Source of the DNA: Eubacteriales bacterium | Lineage (GTDB): Bacteria; Bacillota; Clostridia; Oscillospirales; JAAYXM01 | Assembly (NCBI GenBank): GCA_045636205.1 | Contig: JAZTXE010000084.1 | Coordinates: 8,893-72,892 of the forward strand | Length of the DNA stretch: 64,000 nucleotides | Direction of reading: 5' to 3' | Shown: piece after piece, positions 11,351 to 22,017 of the stretch | Numbering within the stretch: the first letter of the stretch is position 1 | How the letters are laid out: every line of letters begins with the position of its first letter | Translations under genes and position numbers: made by a program | The notes under the pieces: generated by a model | Seen by the model: the letters and a program-made list of their open reading frames with translations, nothing else | The model's database searches: none | Told to the model about the DNA's origin: nothing

Positions 11351-12130
11351 TTGCACTATAATTTTCATACGCATACTTTCCGCTGCAACCACGCAACAGG
11401 AAAGGACAGGGAATATATCGAAAAGGCAATATCCGGCGGAATAACGAAAATGGGTTTTTCCGACCATATCCCCCTCATATTTTCGGACGGCCACGAATCG
11501 GACTACCGTATCCCGACTGCAAAGGTTGAAGATTATGTAAACTCCGTAAACCAACTAAAAGAGGAGTACAAGGATAAAATCGAAATTCATTTAGGTTTTG
11601 AGATGGAGTATTACCCACCGTATTTTGAAATGATGCTTGAAAACGCAATCAAGTGGGGGGCGGAGTATCTGATTTTAGGTCAGCACTATATCGGAAATGA
11701 ATATCCCAACGGTGCCTCAAGTACCGGAGGGAGTGATAGAGAAGGGGATCTTTGTGAATATGTGGACTGCGTAGTATCCGCGGTGAAAACAGGCGTTTTC
11801 TCCTGCATCGCCCATCCGGATGTATTCAAATTCACCGGAGCGCGTGAAACATATATAAAACAAATGCGAAAAATATGCACCGTATCAAAAGAATGTAACA
11901 TTCCACTTGAACTGAATTTTTTGGGTATACGCAGCAAGCGTTTTTATCCAACGGATATATTCTGGCAACTGGCAGGCGAGGTGCAAGCCCCGGTAATCTT
12001 CGCGTTTGATGCTCATTCACCCGAAGATGCATATGACGCCGATTCACTTGTTAAAGCGAAAAGAATGGTTCGGAAATATAATCTAAATCTTTTGCCTGAA
12101 CTTAAACTTATTAATATCCAAAACTTGTAA
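11351..12130 (+). CDS. histidinol-phosphatase HisJ-family PHP-domain protein
   Basis: N-terminal YNFHTHTFRCNHA metal-binding motif and GFSDHIP, typical of the PHP/HisJ family. TTG at 11351 is better spaced from the AAGGGAAG RBS than the in-frame GTG at 11342. Confidence 0.75.
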   Translation: MHYNFHTHTFRCNHATGKDREYIEKAISGGITKMGFSDHIPLIFSDGHESDYRIPTAKVEDYVNSVNQLKEEYKDKIEIHLGFEMEYYPPYFEMMLENAIKWGAEYLILGQHYIGNEYPNGASSTGGSDREGDLCEYVDCVVSAVKTGVFSCIAHPDVFKFTGARETYIKQMRKICTVSKECNIPLELNFLGIRSKRFYPTDIFWQLAGEVQAPVIFAFDAHSPEDAYDADSLVKAKRMVRKYNLNLLPELKLINIQNL

Positions 12131-12156
12131 CAAAAAGCGCAACCGGGAATCATTTC

Positions 12157-13491
12157 TCAGTTGCGCTTCTTTACATATTCCAAAAGTTCATCACGAGTAT
12201 TGGATATTTCACCGTCCATCACGGCATCAAGCAAAATTTTTAAAGTATTTCCGATTTTAATCCCATCAGAAATACCGAGTTTAATCAAATCATTACCATT
12301 TACATTTAAATGCTTTATGCTGTAGCAAATTGGACTCTTTTTCATCTCGTAATACATATCTTCAATCTTTGAAAACTCATCCGAATACGAGTATTCGGGA
12401 TTTTGCGCGGCATTGTCTGCGCGCTTTACCTCTATTAACTTTAAAAACAACTCATCGCCGATTAAATTAAGCCATTTTAGAATCACTTTCTCATCAGCAA
12501 GTATATCCGCATCATGATATTTTATAAGCGTACATACATCGGATATAGTCCTCTTGTCAAACCTCAGACGTTTAAGTGCTTTTTCCGCTGTCTGGCAGCT
12601 GATCTCCGGATGTCCGTAAAAGTGCCCTGTGCCATCCGCATCTTGTGTAAAGCACGATGGCTTGCCGGAATCATGAAGCAGCATAGTAAGTCTTAAATCC
12701 GGATTACTCCTGATATTTACGGTTGCATGAACCGTGTGCTGCCAAATATCGTAAATATGATATTTCGTCCTTTGGTCAAAATCAAAACACGGCTCAAGCT
12801 CCGGAATAATCTGCGCAATTATTTTTCTGAATTTCAAAAGTACGTGCTCTACATTTCTACCGCACAACATCTTTTTAATCTCTGCATTTATGCGCTCTGC
12901 TGCAATGTTTGAAAGCAGGGAAGAATTAGCTAAAATTGCTTTAGCAGTTACATCTTCAATATCGTAAGATAAAACCGAAGAAAACCTGAGCGCGCGCAAA
13001 ATACGCAGTGCATCTTCTTTAAACCTCAGTTCGGCATTTCCAACGCATCTTATTATTCCGTCATTTAAATCTCTTTGACCTCCAAACGGGTCAATTAATC
13101 CTTCTTTAGGTGAATATGCCATCGCGTTTATTGTAAAATCGCGACGTCCCAAATCTTCTTCAATGCAATCGGTAAATACCACGTTTTCAGGATGGCGGTT
13201 GTCCTTATATTCACCGTCTATTCTGAATGTAGTTATTTCAAGCGGCGTCTTACCGAACATAACCGTAACCGTACCGTGCTTTATTCCGGTTTTAAGTACG
13301 GTAAATTCCGAAAAAACATCTGCAATGGTATCCGGCTTTGCCGATGTGCATATATCCCAATCAGAGGGCAATACGCCGCGCATAGCGTCTCTTACGCATC
13401 CGCCAACCGCGAAAGCGCGATGTCCGCGACTCTCGAGTGCAACTATTGCCTTGTTTGCAAAATCCGGAAGATTTATATTCATAAGCGGCAT
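12157..13491 (-). CDS. cca: CCA-adding tRNA nucleotidyltransferase
   Basis: PolyA-polymerase head motif (AVGGCVRDAMRG, DWDI, RRDFTINAM) followed by an HD domain (LLHDSGK). Confidence 0.88.
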   Translation of the reverse strand: MPLMNINLPDFANKAIVALESRGHRAFAVGGCVRDAMRGVLPSDWDICTSAKPDTIADVFSEFTVLKTGIKHGTVTVMFGKTPLEITTFRIDGEYKDNRHPENVVFTDCIEEDLGRRDFTINAMAYSPKEGLIDPFGGQRDLNDGIIRCVGNAELRFKEDALRILRALRFSSVLSYDIEDVTAKAILANSSLLSNIAAERINAEIKKMLCGRNVEHVLLKFRKIIAQIIPELEPCFDFDQRTKYHIYDIWQHTVHATVNIRSNPDLRLTMLLHDSGKPSCFTQDADGTGHFYGHPEISCQTAEKALKRLRFDKRTISDVCTLIKYHDADILADEKVILKWLNLIGDELFLKLIEVKRADNAAQNPEYSYSDEFSKIEDMYYEMKKSPICYSIKHLNVNGNDLIKLGISDGIKIGNTLKILLDAVMDGEISNTRDELLEYVKKRN

Positions 13492-13555
13492 TTTGACCTC
13501 CTTAAATTTATTTCTGTAACAGAACAGGGAACGGCAAGCGTTCCCTGAAATTATA

Positions 13556-14335
13556 TTAGTTTTCTATGTAATTTGCAAGCAGATTATCCATGTTATAAAG
13601 TCCAGGCACGGTTATACCTGCAATATAAACAGCCGCTTTAACAGCTCCTGCTGCAAAAACTTCGCGGGATTGCGCAGTGTGCTTTATTTCAATAACCTCA
13701 TCACGTCCTGCGAAAATAACCTCATGCTCACCGACGATTGTACCGCCGCGAAGCGTATGGATACCAACTTCGTTGCGTCCGCGTTTTTGACGAACCGAAT
13801 GGCGGTCATAAACATACTCAGCTTTATAGGGAAGTGCTTCGCTCAAACGCTCAGCCAGCATGAGTGCGGTTCCGCTCGGTGCGTCCAACTTCTGATTGTG
13901 ATGACGCTCTATTATCTCGACATCAAAAGTATCGCCGAGAATTTTTGCAGCGCGCTCAACAAGCATCTGAAGCACATTAATTCCAAGGGACATATTTCCT
14001 GAGCGGAAAAGTGCTACTTTCTTTGAAGCTTTTTCAATCTCGGATATCTGCTCTTCGGAATGACCGGTAGTTGCAATAACCGCAGGGATGTTTTTTGAAA
14101 TCGAATAATCAAGAATTCCCTCCAAAAGGGAAGGATGCGAAAAGTCGATTACAACATCCGCATCTTCTTTTACGGCAGCAATGCTGTCATAAACCGGGTA
14201 TCCGAAAAGCGCCTGGGTATTTATATCAACTCCCGCAACGATTTCCGTATCCATATTCTTTTGGCAAATATCTGTTATCACACGCCCCATGCGGCCATTA
14301 CAGCCGGAGAGAATGATTTTTATCATTGGTTTCAC
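13556..14335 (-). CDS. dapB: 4-hydroxy-tetrahydrodipicolinate reductase
   Basis: 259 aa with N-terminal GCNGRMG Rossmann motif and ERHHNQKLDAPSGTA, the DapB signature. Confidence 0.92.
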   Translation of the reverse strand: MKPMIKIILSGCNGRMGRVITDICQKNMDTEIVAGVDINTQALFGYPVYDSIAAVKEDADVVIDFSHPSLLEGILDYSISKNIPAVIATTGHSEEQISEIEKASKKVALFRSGNMSLGINVLQMLVERAAKILGDTFDVEIIERHHNQKLDAPSGTALMLAERLSEALPYKAEYVYDRHSVRQKRGRNEVGIHTLRGGTIVGEHEVIFAGRDEVIEIKHTAQSREVFAAGAVKAAVYIAGITVPGLYNMDNLLANYIEN

Positions 14336-14360
14336 GTCCTTTTATTGTACGCTTTTTTCT

Positions 14361-15254
14361 TTATACTGTCTTTATCCCCATATTCTGCATTGCTTCTTTA
14401 AGGATTTCTACGTTCTTAGGAGCCATCTCATAAAGCGGCATGCGCAGGTAACCGTTATCCATCCCCATGAGCTGCATTGCGGTTTTAATCGGAATCGGAT
14501 TCACCTCAATAAAGAGCTTATCCATAAGGTCAAAGTACTCAAGCTGAATCTTTTTGCTCTCCTCAGTTTTTCCTTCAAAATAAAGGCTGCACATTTTTGA
14601 TACAACACCAGGGAGAATGTTTGCAGCAACAGAGATAACACCCTTTGCACCCAGTGCAAGCATCGGTACTGTCTGGTCATCGTTTCCGCTCCACATGTAC
14701 CAATCATCTCCGCATAAGCTGAGTGTGTTGGCAATAAGAGTGAAATTACCGCTTGCTTCTTTTACGCCGTTTATATTCGGATGCTTCGAAAGCTCAAGAT
14801 AAGTCTCTGCAGTAAATGACACACCGGTACGAGAGGGAACGTTGTAGAGAATTATTGGTGTTTTAACACGGTCTGCAACATATGTATAGTGCTTGATAAG
14901 ACCGCGCTGAGTGGTCTTGTTATAGTAAGGGGTTACCATTAAAAGACCGTCAACACCTGCATCCTCTGCAAACTTTGAAAGCTCAAGTGCATAGCTTGTG
15001 TCATTGCTTCCGGTTCCTGCAATTACCGGAACACGGCCGGCAACTTTTTTTACGCAATATTTAATGAGCTCACAGTGCTCCTCATGGCTGAGTGTCGCAG
15101 ATTCACCGGTGGTTCCGCATACTGTGATTGCGTTTATTCCTCCGTCGATCTGAAAATCCACCAATTTCCCGAAACGGTCAAAATCAATTTTCCCTTTTTC
15201 ATCAAAAGGTGTTACGATTGCTACGTTTGCGCCGGTAAAAACAGGTGACTTCAT
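14361..15254 (-). CDS. dapA: 4-hydroxy-tetrahydrodipicolinate synthase
   Basis: 297 aa with GTTGESATLSHEEH and YNVPSRTG motifs and the GVKEASG active-site lysine region. Confidence 0.93.
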   Translation of the reverse strand: MKSPVFTGANVAIVTPFDEKGKIDFDRFGKLVDFQIDGGINAITVCGTTGESATLSHEEHCELIKYCVKKVAGRVPVIAGTGSNDTSYALELSKFAEDAGVDGLLMVTPYYNKTTQRGLIKHYTYVADRVKTPIILYNVPSRTGVSFTAETYLELSKHPNINGVKEASGNFTLIANTLSLCGDDWYMWSGNDDQTVPMLALGAKGVISVAANILPGVVSKMCSLYFEGKTEESKKIQLEYFDLMDKLFIEVNPIPIKTAMQLMGMDNGYLRMPLYEMAPKNVEILKEAMQNMGIKTV

Positions 15255-15280
15255 GAAAAATCAATCCTTTCAAAAAACAA

Positions 15281-16360
15281 TTAGTCAATATATCCTTCCG
15301 CACAGAGAAGCTCTGCAAGTAAGACTGCACCGCCTGCTGCGCCGCGTAAAGTATTGTGGGACAAGCAAACGAACTTAATGTCATACTGTGTGTCCGGACG
15401 CAGACGACCGACAGAAACTGCCATGCCGTTTTCTAAATTGCGATCCAGATTTGTCTGAGGTCTGTTATCCTCACGGAAGTAGTGAATAAACTGCTTGGGA
15501 GCAAGTGGGAGATTTAACTCCTGCGGACGTCCTTTGTAAGACTCCCAACGTGCGATTATCTCATCAAGCGGTATTTTCTTATCGAAGCTTGCACATACTG
15601 CTGCCATGTGACCGTCGGAAACCGGAACACGGATGCACTGAGCGGTAATGCTCGGAGAAGTTGCGTTAACGATACTTCCGTTTTCAACCGTGCCCCAAAT
15701 CTTCATCGGCTCCTGCTCAGACTTTTCTTCCTCGCCGCCGATATAGGGGATTACATTGTCAATCATCTCGGGCCAACGCTCAAAAGTTTTTCCTGCACCG
15801 GAAATAGCTTGATAAGTGCAAGCGAGAACCTTGGTTATACCAAGATCCATAAGCGGATGGATTGCCGGCACATAACTCTGGAGTGAGCAGTTGGATTTAA
15901 CAGCTACAAATCCACGATTTGTTCCCAGGCGCTTACGCTGTGACTCAATAACCTTTGCATGATCTGCGTTTATTTCCGGAATAATCATCGGAACATCAGG
16001 AGTTCCGCGATGAGCACTGTTGTTTGAAACAACCGGGCACTCAGCTTTTGCATACTTTTCTTCAAGTGCACGGATTTCGTCCTTTTTCATATCAACTGCG
16101 CAGAATACAAAATCAACCATTCCGGCAATTTTTTCGACATCTGCAGAAGCGTCCATAACAACAAGCTTTTTCATTGCCTCCGGGATAGGGGATGTCATCG
16201 CCCATCTTCCGCTTACAGCTTCCTCGTAAGTTTTGCCTGCCGAGTTTGCACTTGCAGCGATAGCTGTAACCGTAAACCACGGATGATTTTCAAGAAGCGT
16301 TGCAAAACGCTGACCAACCATTCCCGTGCCGCCTATAATTCCGACCTTGTAATTTTTCAT
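15281..16360 (-). CDS. asd: aspartate-semialdehyde dehydrogenase
   Basis: 359 aa with N-terminal GGTGMVGQRF and the active-site cysteine context SNCSLQS. Sits first in an operon with dapA and dapB. Confidence 0.9.
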   Translation of the reverse strand: MKNYKVGIIGGTGMVGQRFATLLENHPWFTVTAIAASANSAGKTYEEAVSGRWAMTSPIPEAMKKLVVMDASADVEKIAGMVDFVFCAVDMKKDEIRALEEKYAKAECPVVSNNSAHRGTPDVPMIIPEINADHAKVIESQRKRLGTNRGFVAVKSNCSLQSYVPAIHPLMDLGITKVLACTYQAISGAGKTFERWPEMIDNVIPYIGGEEEKSEQEPMKIWGTVENGSIVNATSPSITAQCIRVPVSDGHMAAVCASFDKKIPLDEIIARWESYKGRPQELNLPLAPKQFIHYFREDNRPQTNLDRNLENGMAVSVGRLRPDTQYDIKFVCLSHNTLRGAAGGAVLLAELLCAEGYID

Positions 16361-16458
16361 TTTTATAACCTCCGTTTTCGCCGTTTCAGGCGATTTGTTT
16401 TATATACCCAGTATATGTTTTACTGTGCAAAAAGGAAACAGATAAAGAATATATGTCA

Positions 16459-16490
16459 AAAAAGAAAAAAGTCGGTTGAAAAACCGACCG
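16459..16490 (-). terminator. terminator hairpin of the lysine riboswitch expression platform
   Basis: On the minus strand, GTCGGTT-TTTC-AACCGAC is followed by TTTTTTCTTTTTT. It lies between the L-box aptamer and the asd start codon. Confidence 0.75.
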
Positions 16491-16499
16491 CTTTTGTAA

Positions 16500-16732
16500 T
16501 ATAATAGAGAAAAGCGGTTTAGTGTCGGCTTTCGCGCAAAACTCTTTTTCATTACAAATAACAGATAGCTCTTCATCAAATAACAGATGACAGTTGCATG
16601 GCTGTTAACCATACACCCAGATCGACACGCTGACCGGAAGCGATCGTCTTCGGCGGTAAACCCTTTCACGATACCTTATAGAGCTCCGGAGCTCTAAGTA
16701 ACGCTACTGATGAGTGCCGCGCCTCTACCTAA
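16500..16732 (-). promoter_or_regulatory. lysine riboswitch (L-box) leader of asd-dapA-dapB
   Basis: The minus strand reads AGGTAGAGGCGCGGCACTCATCAGTAGCG...GTGAAAGGG...CGCCGAAG...CTGGG...ACTGTCA. This matches the conserved L-box blocks recalled from the B. subtilis lysC leader (AGAGGxGC, GAAAGGGG, GCCGAAG, CTGG, TGTCA). Confidence 0.85.
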
Positions 16733-16852
16733 ACTATATTTCCTTTTGCTCATAATATATCATTTGTTTTAAATTCTGTCAACACTAAATCAGTCAATAG
16801 TGCCCATTTTGGTGCATTTTCATACAAAGCATGGAAACGGAGTGCCTTTTTT

Positions 16853-18592
16853 ATGAGAAAAATAGTCAATTTTATGATATTAACAATACTTGGAGCATGC
16901 ATGTTTTTTATGCAGGCAGTCGCTGCTGCAGAAGCTAACCCGACTGTCAGGGTAGGTTTGTATTATAACACCACGGCTCTTATAACCGCAAATCTCCAGA
17001 ATAAAGTAGGTTACGGTTACCGCTTAGGATTCTTTGACAGTCAGGGGAACTTTATAAACATATGGTCGGTTGATAGTACCAACAAGATAACTATGGGAAA
17101 AGACCAGAATCTGTATTATAAGGACAATACGTTCTATACTACTAATGCGCCTGAGGGCAGCCGTTCTCTTGGTGCATACCATGTGCAGTTTGATACCCCT
17201 TACGCAAACGCTCAGCTCGCCGAAGCTGCATTGAATCAAATGCTCGCAAAAGGTGTCCCTGGGTTTGTAAGCTATATAAACGGGGCATATTATATTCGTA
17301 CTGGTTCTTTTACAACTCAAGCCGCTGCAAGTACAGCAGCACTTCAGTATATAAACATTGGTACGGCTACGGCGGTCGGCGCAGGACACACGTGCGTGAC
17401 CGTCTACAGTACAGAAACCGGTGCAATTCTTTTTGAATTTGAATCAGGTGTGAATGTACCTCTGTCCGTTTATCCGTCACTGGGAGAGGTAGATGACCCG
17501 CTTACCTGGTTTAAAGGTTATCAGTATCGCGGTGCATTTGAGTACATAAGAAATGGCGGTAATATTTCGGTTATAAACCGTGTTTCAATGCAGGACTACG
17601 TCAAGGGTGTGGTTCCTTACGAAATGTCCGCCTCATGGCCAATAGAAGCCCTGAAGGCTCAAGCGATGTGTGCACGTACATATGCCTACTCCAATTTTGG
17701 AAAGCACGGCTCGGATTTCGATATTTGCGCATCAACGCATTGTCAGGTTTACCACGGTGCAAACTCTGCAACCGAAAATTCAGACACGGCAGTAGAGCAA
17801 ACCTATGGTCAGTATATTTTATACAATGGTGAGCCGATAAATGCAGTATTCCATTCATCCAACGGCGGTGCTACAGAAGATGCAGAAAACGTCTGGGGAT
17901 ATGCAACCCCGTATTTGCGCGGAGTTTACGATAACAATGAGGACCTTGACCGCGCGACAAACGGTCGCTGGTCATTTGAATATACGCCCGCGCAGCTTCA
18001 ATCAATCCTCAATTCCAAGGGTTACTCAGCCGCGCTTATATCCGATGCATACGTTGAAGAATATACAAGCAAAGGAAACGTCAAAAAAGTAACCTTTATT
18101 GACGTAAACGGTGAAAGGTACAGCTTCTCGAAAGAGAAAGCGCGTACTATAATAAACAGCTCATCACTAAAAAAATACACGCACAGTCAGCGTTATAAAA
18201 TTACCCGAAAAGGTGCACAAGCGAGTCAGAACCACACTTCAAGCGGCGCTTCGCTTTACGTAAATAATGCTTCTACTGCGCTTGACCCGTTAAGCGGGGA
18301 TATTTCCGTAATAACCGGAAGTGGCGCAATGGGACTTCTACCGTCAACGTCAGTTTATGTGCAAACCGCATCCGGAAAAGAGCTCATAACATTTGCAGAT
18401 AATTCATCAGATGACAATGCCACCGAAACACCTCAAGCAAACAATGATGTAACCTTTGTTTTCACCGGCACAGGTTGGGGGCACAATGTAGGCTTAAGTC
18501 AGATCGGAGCTCTTGGAATGGCAAACAACGGCTACTCCGCCGAAGATATTATCCATTTTTATTACACTGATGTTACTATAACCGAAGCATGA
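16853..18592 (+). CDS. spoIID: SpoIID/LytB-domain protein (lytic transglycosylase for engulfment)
   Basis: Signal peptide, then the SpoIID-domain hallmarks [32 protein letters not shown] and HSSNGGATE. Confidence 0.8.
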   Translation: MRKIVNFMILTILGACMFFMQAVAAAEANPTVRVGLYYNTTALITANLQNKVGYGYRLGFFDSQGNFINIWSVDSTNKITMGKDQNLYYKDNTFYTTNAPEGSRSLGAYHVQFDTPYANAQLAEAALNQMLAKGVPGFVSYINGAYYIRTGSFTTQAAASTAALQYINIGTATAVGAGHTCVTVYSTETGAILFEFESGVNVPLSVYPSLGEVDDPLTWFKGYQYRGAFEYIRNGGNISVINRVSMQDYVKGVVPYEMSASWPIEALKAQAMCARTYAYSNFGKHGSDFDICASTHCQVYHGANSATENSDTAVEQTYGQYILYNGEPINAVFHSSNGGATEDAENVWGYATPYLRGVYDNNEDLDRATNGRWSFEYTPAQLQSILNSKGYSAALISDAYVEEYTSKGNVKKVTFIDVNGERYSFSKEKARTIINSSSLKKYTHSQRYKITRKGAQASQNHTSSGASLYVNNASTALDPLSGDISVITGSGAMGLLPSTSVYVQTASGKELITFADNSSDDNATETPQANNDVTFVFTGTGWGHNVGLSQIGALGMANNGYSAEDIIHFYYTDVTITEA

Positions 18593-18603
18593 GAGGACAT
18601 ATA

Positions 18604-19632
18604 ATGAAAAAATCCGATTTTTATTTCGATTTACCGGAAGAGCTAATCGCTCAGACTCCGCTTGAAAAGCGTGATTCATCCCGCTTAATGGTGCTCGACC
18701 GCAACAGCGGGGAGATTGAGCACAAGCATTTCCACGATATTCTCAAACTTATAAATCCGGGTGACTGCCTGGTGTTAAATAACTCTCGCGTTCTGCCCGC
18801 AAGGCTTATTGGCACGCGAGAAACCGGCGGTGCTGTTGAAGTTCTTTTACTCAGAGATTTAGGAGACGGGGAGTGGGAATGCCTTACAAAGCCCGGCAGA
18901 AAAACGCGCACAGGTGCAAAGCTCAGCTTTGGTGACAGTGCTTTAGGTGCTGAGGTCATCGGCGAATTGGAAGACGGAAAACGACGTGTTAAGTTCAGCT
19001 ATGACGGAATCTTCCTTGAAATCTTAGAGCAGTTAGGTCAAATGCCGCTACCGCCGTATATACATGAAAAACTCGATAATCCTGAGAGATACCAGACCGT
19101 ATATTCCAAAGAAGTAGGCTCTGCAGCCGCACCTACGGCGGGATTACACTTTACAAATGAGCTTTTGGATAAACTAAAGAAAAATGGCATAAACATAGCA
19201 TACGTGACACTTCACGTAGGACTTGGAACCTTCCGCCCGGTCAAAGCTGAGGACTTGCGCGACCATCAGATGCATTCGGAGTATTATGAAATACCGGATG
19301 AAACTGTTGATATAATCAAAAGAACAAAGAAGTCAGGCGGACGTGTAATTGCAGTAGGTACTACATCTTGCCGAACTATTGAGTCGGCTTACGGTGAAAA
19401 CGGCGAATTGATAGCAAACAGCGGTTGGACCGATATTTTTATATATCCCGGATATAAATTCAAGGTCTTAGATGCGCTTATAACCAATTTCCACTTGCCG
19501 GAAAGTACACTTATTATGCTTGTTTCGGCGCTTGCAGGGAAAGAGAATGTGATGAATGCGTACAACTGCGCGATAGCAGAAAAATACCGCTTCTTCAGCT
19601 TTGGAGATGCGATGTTTATAAAGGAGCAATAA
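18604..19632 (+). CDS. queA: S-adenosylmethionine:tRNA ribosyltransferase-isomerase
   Basis: Begins [30 protein letters not shown], with [10 protein letters not shown] and GTTSCRT motifs. ATG 18604 follows a GAGAGGA RBS. Confidence 0.93.
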   Translation: MKKSDFYFDLPEELIAQTPLEKRDSSRLMVLDRNSGEIEHKHFHDILKLINPGDCLVLNNSRVLPARLIGTRETGGAVEVLLLRDLGDGEWECLTKPGRKTRTGAKLSFGDSALGAEVIGELEDGKRRVKFSYDGIFLEILEQLGQMPLPPYIHEKLDNPERYQTVYSKEVGSAAAPTAGLHFTNELLDKLKKNGINIAYVTLHVGLGTFRPVKAEDLRDHQMHSEYYEIPDETVDIIKRTKKSGGRVIAVGTTSCRTIESAYGENGELIANSGWTDIFIYPGYKFKVLDALITNFHLPESTLIMLVSALAGKENVMNAYNCAIAEKYRFFSFGDAMFIKEQ

Positions 19633-20766
19633 ATGTTTAAACTGCATAAGAAAAACGGCAATGCGCGCCGCGGAGAATTTCATACACCACACGGTGTAAT
19701 ACAAACACCCGTATTTATGAACGTAGGCACACAGGCGGCAATCAAGGGTGCTGTATCATCTGAAGATTTAAAAAAAATCAACTGTCAGGTGGAGCTCAGT
19801 AACACCTATCATTTGCATGTGCGCCCCGGCGATGATGTAATACGTTCTCTGGGCGGCCTTCATAAATTTATGGCATGGGATAAACCCATTCTGACCGACA
19901 GCGGCGGTTTTCAGGTTTTTTCACTCTCAACCCTCCGCAAAATAAAAGAGGAGGGGGTATACTTCGCCTCACACGTTGACGGCAGAAAAATTTTCATGGG
20001 ACCCGAAGAGTCAATGAAAATACAGTCAAACCTCGGTTCGGATATTGCAATGGCTTTTGACGAGTGCATTGAAAATCCCGCACCGCGCGATTACGTTATA
20101 AATTCCTGCCAAAGAACCACGCGCTGGCTTATACGTTGCCGCGACGCACTTGATAAGCTTAACAAGGAAGAAAATGCTGTAAATCCCGGGCAAGTTCTTT
20201 TTGGAATAAATCAGGGCGGAACATATCCTGACCTGCGCATAGAGCACATGAAAGCAATACGAGAATTAGACCTTCCCGGATATGCAATAGGCGGTTTGGC
20301 TGTAGGTGAGTCCACCGAGGAAATGTACAGTATAATTGATGCGGTTGAACCGTTTATGCCACAGGATAAGCCGCGTTATCTGATGGGGGTCGGTACCCCG
20401 TCTAACATTATAGAGGCTGTAGCAAGAGGAGTTGACTTTTTCGACTGCGTTATGCCCGCTCGAAACGCACGCCATGGTCATTTATATACATGGAATTACG
20501 GATGCATCAATATCAAAAACGAAAAATACAAGCTTTCCGACATGCCGATTGACCCAGAGTGCAAATGCCCGGTGTGTTCAACGTATTCACGCGCATATCT
20601 CAGACATCTGTTTAAAGCTGAAGAAATGCTTGCAATGCGTTTGAGTGTGCTGCACAACTTATATTTTTACAATGAGCTTATGCAGAAAATACGCGATGCA
20701 TTTGACAATGATACGTTTGGTGCATTCCGCGCAAAATGGTCAGGAGTAATTGATAAACGCGGATAA
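19633..20766 (+). CDS. tgt: queuine tRNA-ribosyltransferase
   Basis: 377 aa with LTDSGGFQVFS and the zinc site CxCxxC...H (CKCPVCSTYSRAYLRHL). Confidence 0.94.
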   Translation: MFKLHKKNGNARRGEFHTPHGVIQTPVFMNVGTQAAIKGAVSSEDLKKINCQVELSNTYHLHVRPGDDVIRSLGGLHKFMAWDKPILTDSGGFQVFSLSTLRKIKEEGVYFASHVDGRKIFMGPEESMKIQSNLGSDIAMAFDECIENPAPRDYVINSCQRTTRWLIRCRDALDKLNKEENAVNPGQVLFGINQGGTYPDLRIEHMKAIRELDLPGYAIGGLAVGESTEEMYSIIDAVEPFMPQDKPRYLMGVGTPSNIIEAVARGVDFFDCVMPARNARHGHLYTWNYGCINIKNEKYKLSDMPIDPECKCPVCSTYSRAYLRHLFKAEEMLAMRLSVLHNLYFYNELMQKIRDAFDNDTFGAFRAKWSGVIDKRG

Positions 20767-20803
20767 TTTTTACACTGCGTTAATAAAAATATTAAAATAA
20801 TAC

Positions 20804-20832
20804 TTGTAAATTCTTTCCGTTACAGATATAAT
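20804..20832 (+). promoter_or_regulatory. sigma-A type promoter upstream of yajC
   Basis: TTGTAA (20804-20809), a 17-nt spacer, then TATAAT (20827-20832). Confidence 0.55.
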
Positions 20833-20865
20833 AGAGTTTGTAATAATTTTTGGAGGTATATTTTT

Positions 20866-21237
20866 ATGCAGATGTTAGCATTTCTTACAGGCGAGGCAGC
20901 GCAGGGCAGTGCCGGGTCAAGCATTATGGCATTCCTGCCGATCATCCTTGTATTCGTTGTTTTCTACTTTTTCCTTATCCGTCCGGAAAAAAAGCGCAAT
21001 AAACAAACCGCTGAGATGCGAAATAATCTCAAGGTTGGCGATGAAATTGTAACCATTGGCGGAATCATCGGAAAAATCACAAACATCAAAGAAGAGCAGC
21101 TCACCATTGAAACCGGTGCTGACCGCAACAAGGTCCGCATTATGCGTTGGGCAGTAAGTGCACCGATTGCAAAGGAAGAGGCCAAGGCTGTTAAAGAAGC
21201 TGAAAATGACGCAGTAAGCGACGCTTCCGAAGAATAA
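20866..21237 (+). CDS. yajC: preprotein translocase subunit YajC
   Basis: Single TM segment followed by FFLIRPEKKRNKQ and GDEIVTIGGIIGKI. Conserved queA-tgt-yajC order. Confidence 0.88.
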   Translation: MQMLAFLTGEAAQGSAGSSIMAFLPIILVFVVFYFFLIRPEKKRNKQTAEMRNNLKVGDEIVTIGGIIGKITNIKEEQLTIETGADRNKVRIMRWAVSAPIAKEEAKAVKEAENDAVSDASEE

Positions 21238-21320
21238 AAATTTTTGTTTTTGTAATTAATCTCCGTCCCATGTAATAGAATTGAAGTAAGATATTCTTAA
21301 AAGCAAGGGGATGGGTCAAC

Positions 21321-21737
21321 ATGCAAAAACGTGAAGAAGTACCGAATAAGTTTTCTAAAATCCCGATTTTATTTTTCATCTACGGAATTATAGGTGTTTT
21401 AATCGGTGTAGTATTGCTTTTACCGGTATCTTTTCTTTCGGCAAATGATCTTATACCGGAAGGCATTGTTTCATCATTTCCGGTTGTCGCGGTTTTTATT
21501 GGCGCGGTTGTTTCCGGCTATTTCTCAGCACGGTCAATGGGCAAAGCTTTGCTTACCGGTCTTATTCAATCAATAGTAAACTTTTTAATCTTATATCTTT
21601 TAGGTGTTTTAGTCTTCATGAGGATTAAACCCACCGGTTTTTACTTGTATGTATTTCTTGCCTGTGTTTTAGGCGCGGTTATCGGTTGTCTTCTTACGGT
21701 TATAAACGTTAAAGGCCATCGTCGCCGCAATACATAA
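21321..21737 (+). CDS. TIGR04086-like polytopic membrane protein
   Basis: 138 aa with four predicted TM segments. From memory, this family accompanies SCIFF loci in Clostridia. Confidence 0.6.
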   Translation: MQKREEVPNKFSKIPILFFIYGIIGVLIGVVLLLPVSFLSANDLIPEGIVSSFPVVAVFIGAVVSGYFSARSMGKALLTGLIQSIVNFLILYLLGVLVFMRIKPTGFYLYVFLACVLGAVIGCLLTVINVKGHRRRNT

Positions 21738-21779
21738 GGCAGATGCAGAATATAAATTACAAAAGGAGAGTGTTTTACA

Positions 21780-21923
21780 ATGAAACATGTTAAGACAATC
21801 AATACTGCGGTTTTAAAGAACAGCGCTGCTAAGGGCGGCTGCGGTGAGTGCCAGACTTCTTGCCAGTCCGCTTGCAAGACCTCCTGCACTGTTGCAAACC
21901 AGAAGTGCGAAAACCGTAAATAA
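21780..21923 (+). CDS. scfA: six-cysteine ranthipeptide precursor SCIFF
   Basis: Hand-translated 47-aa ORF absent from the ORF track: MKHVKTINTAVLKNSAAKGGCGECQTSCQSACKTSCTVANQKCENRK. AGGAGA RBS lies 8 nt upstream. The GGCGECQTSCQSACKTSCTV core is the SCIFF signature. Confidence 0.9.
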   Translation: MKHVKTINTAVLKNSAAKGGCGECQTSCQSACKTSCTVANQKCENRK

Positions 21924-21955
21924 AAATTTTAACGCGTAGAAAAAAACCATAAAAA

Positions 21956-21990
21956 ACGGATTACTGCGCTGCGGTAATCCGTTTTTCTTT
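21956..21990 (+). terminator. hairpin terminator/attenuator between scfA and scfB
   Basis: Stem ACGGATTAC(TGC) / (GCG)GTAATCCGT spanning 21956-21982, followed by TTTTTCTTT. Confidence 0.75.
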
Positions 21991-22017
21991 GTGGGAAAAG
22001 ATGGAGGTATATCCGCT

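Noticed and set aside
11138-11554. 138-aa minus-strand ORF
   Set aside because: It runs antisense across the tRNA-Gln gene, its promoter and terminator, and the 5' end of the PHP phosphatase gene.
16400-16669. 89-aa minus-strand ORF upstream of asd
   Set aside because: It coincides with the lysine riboswitch aptamer and terminator. The RNA element explains the conservation-like structure better than a protein would.
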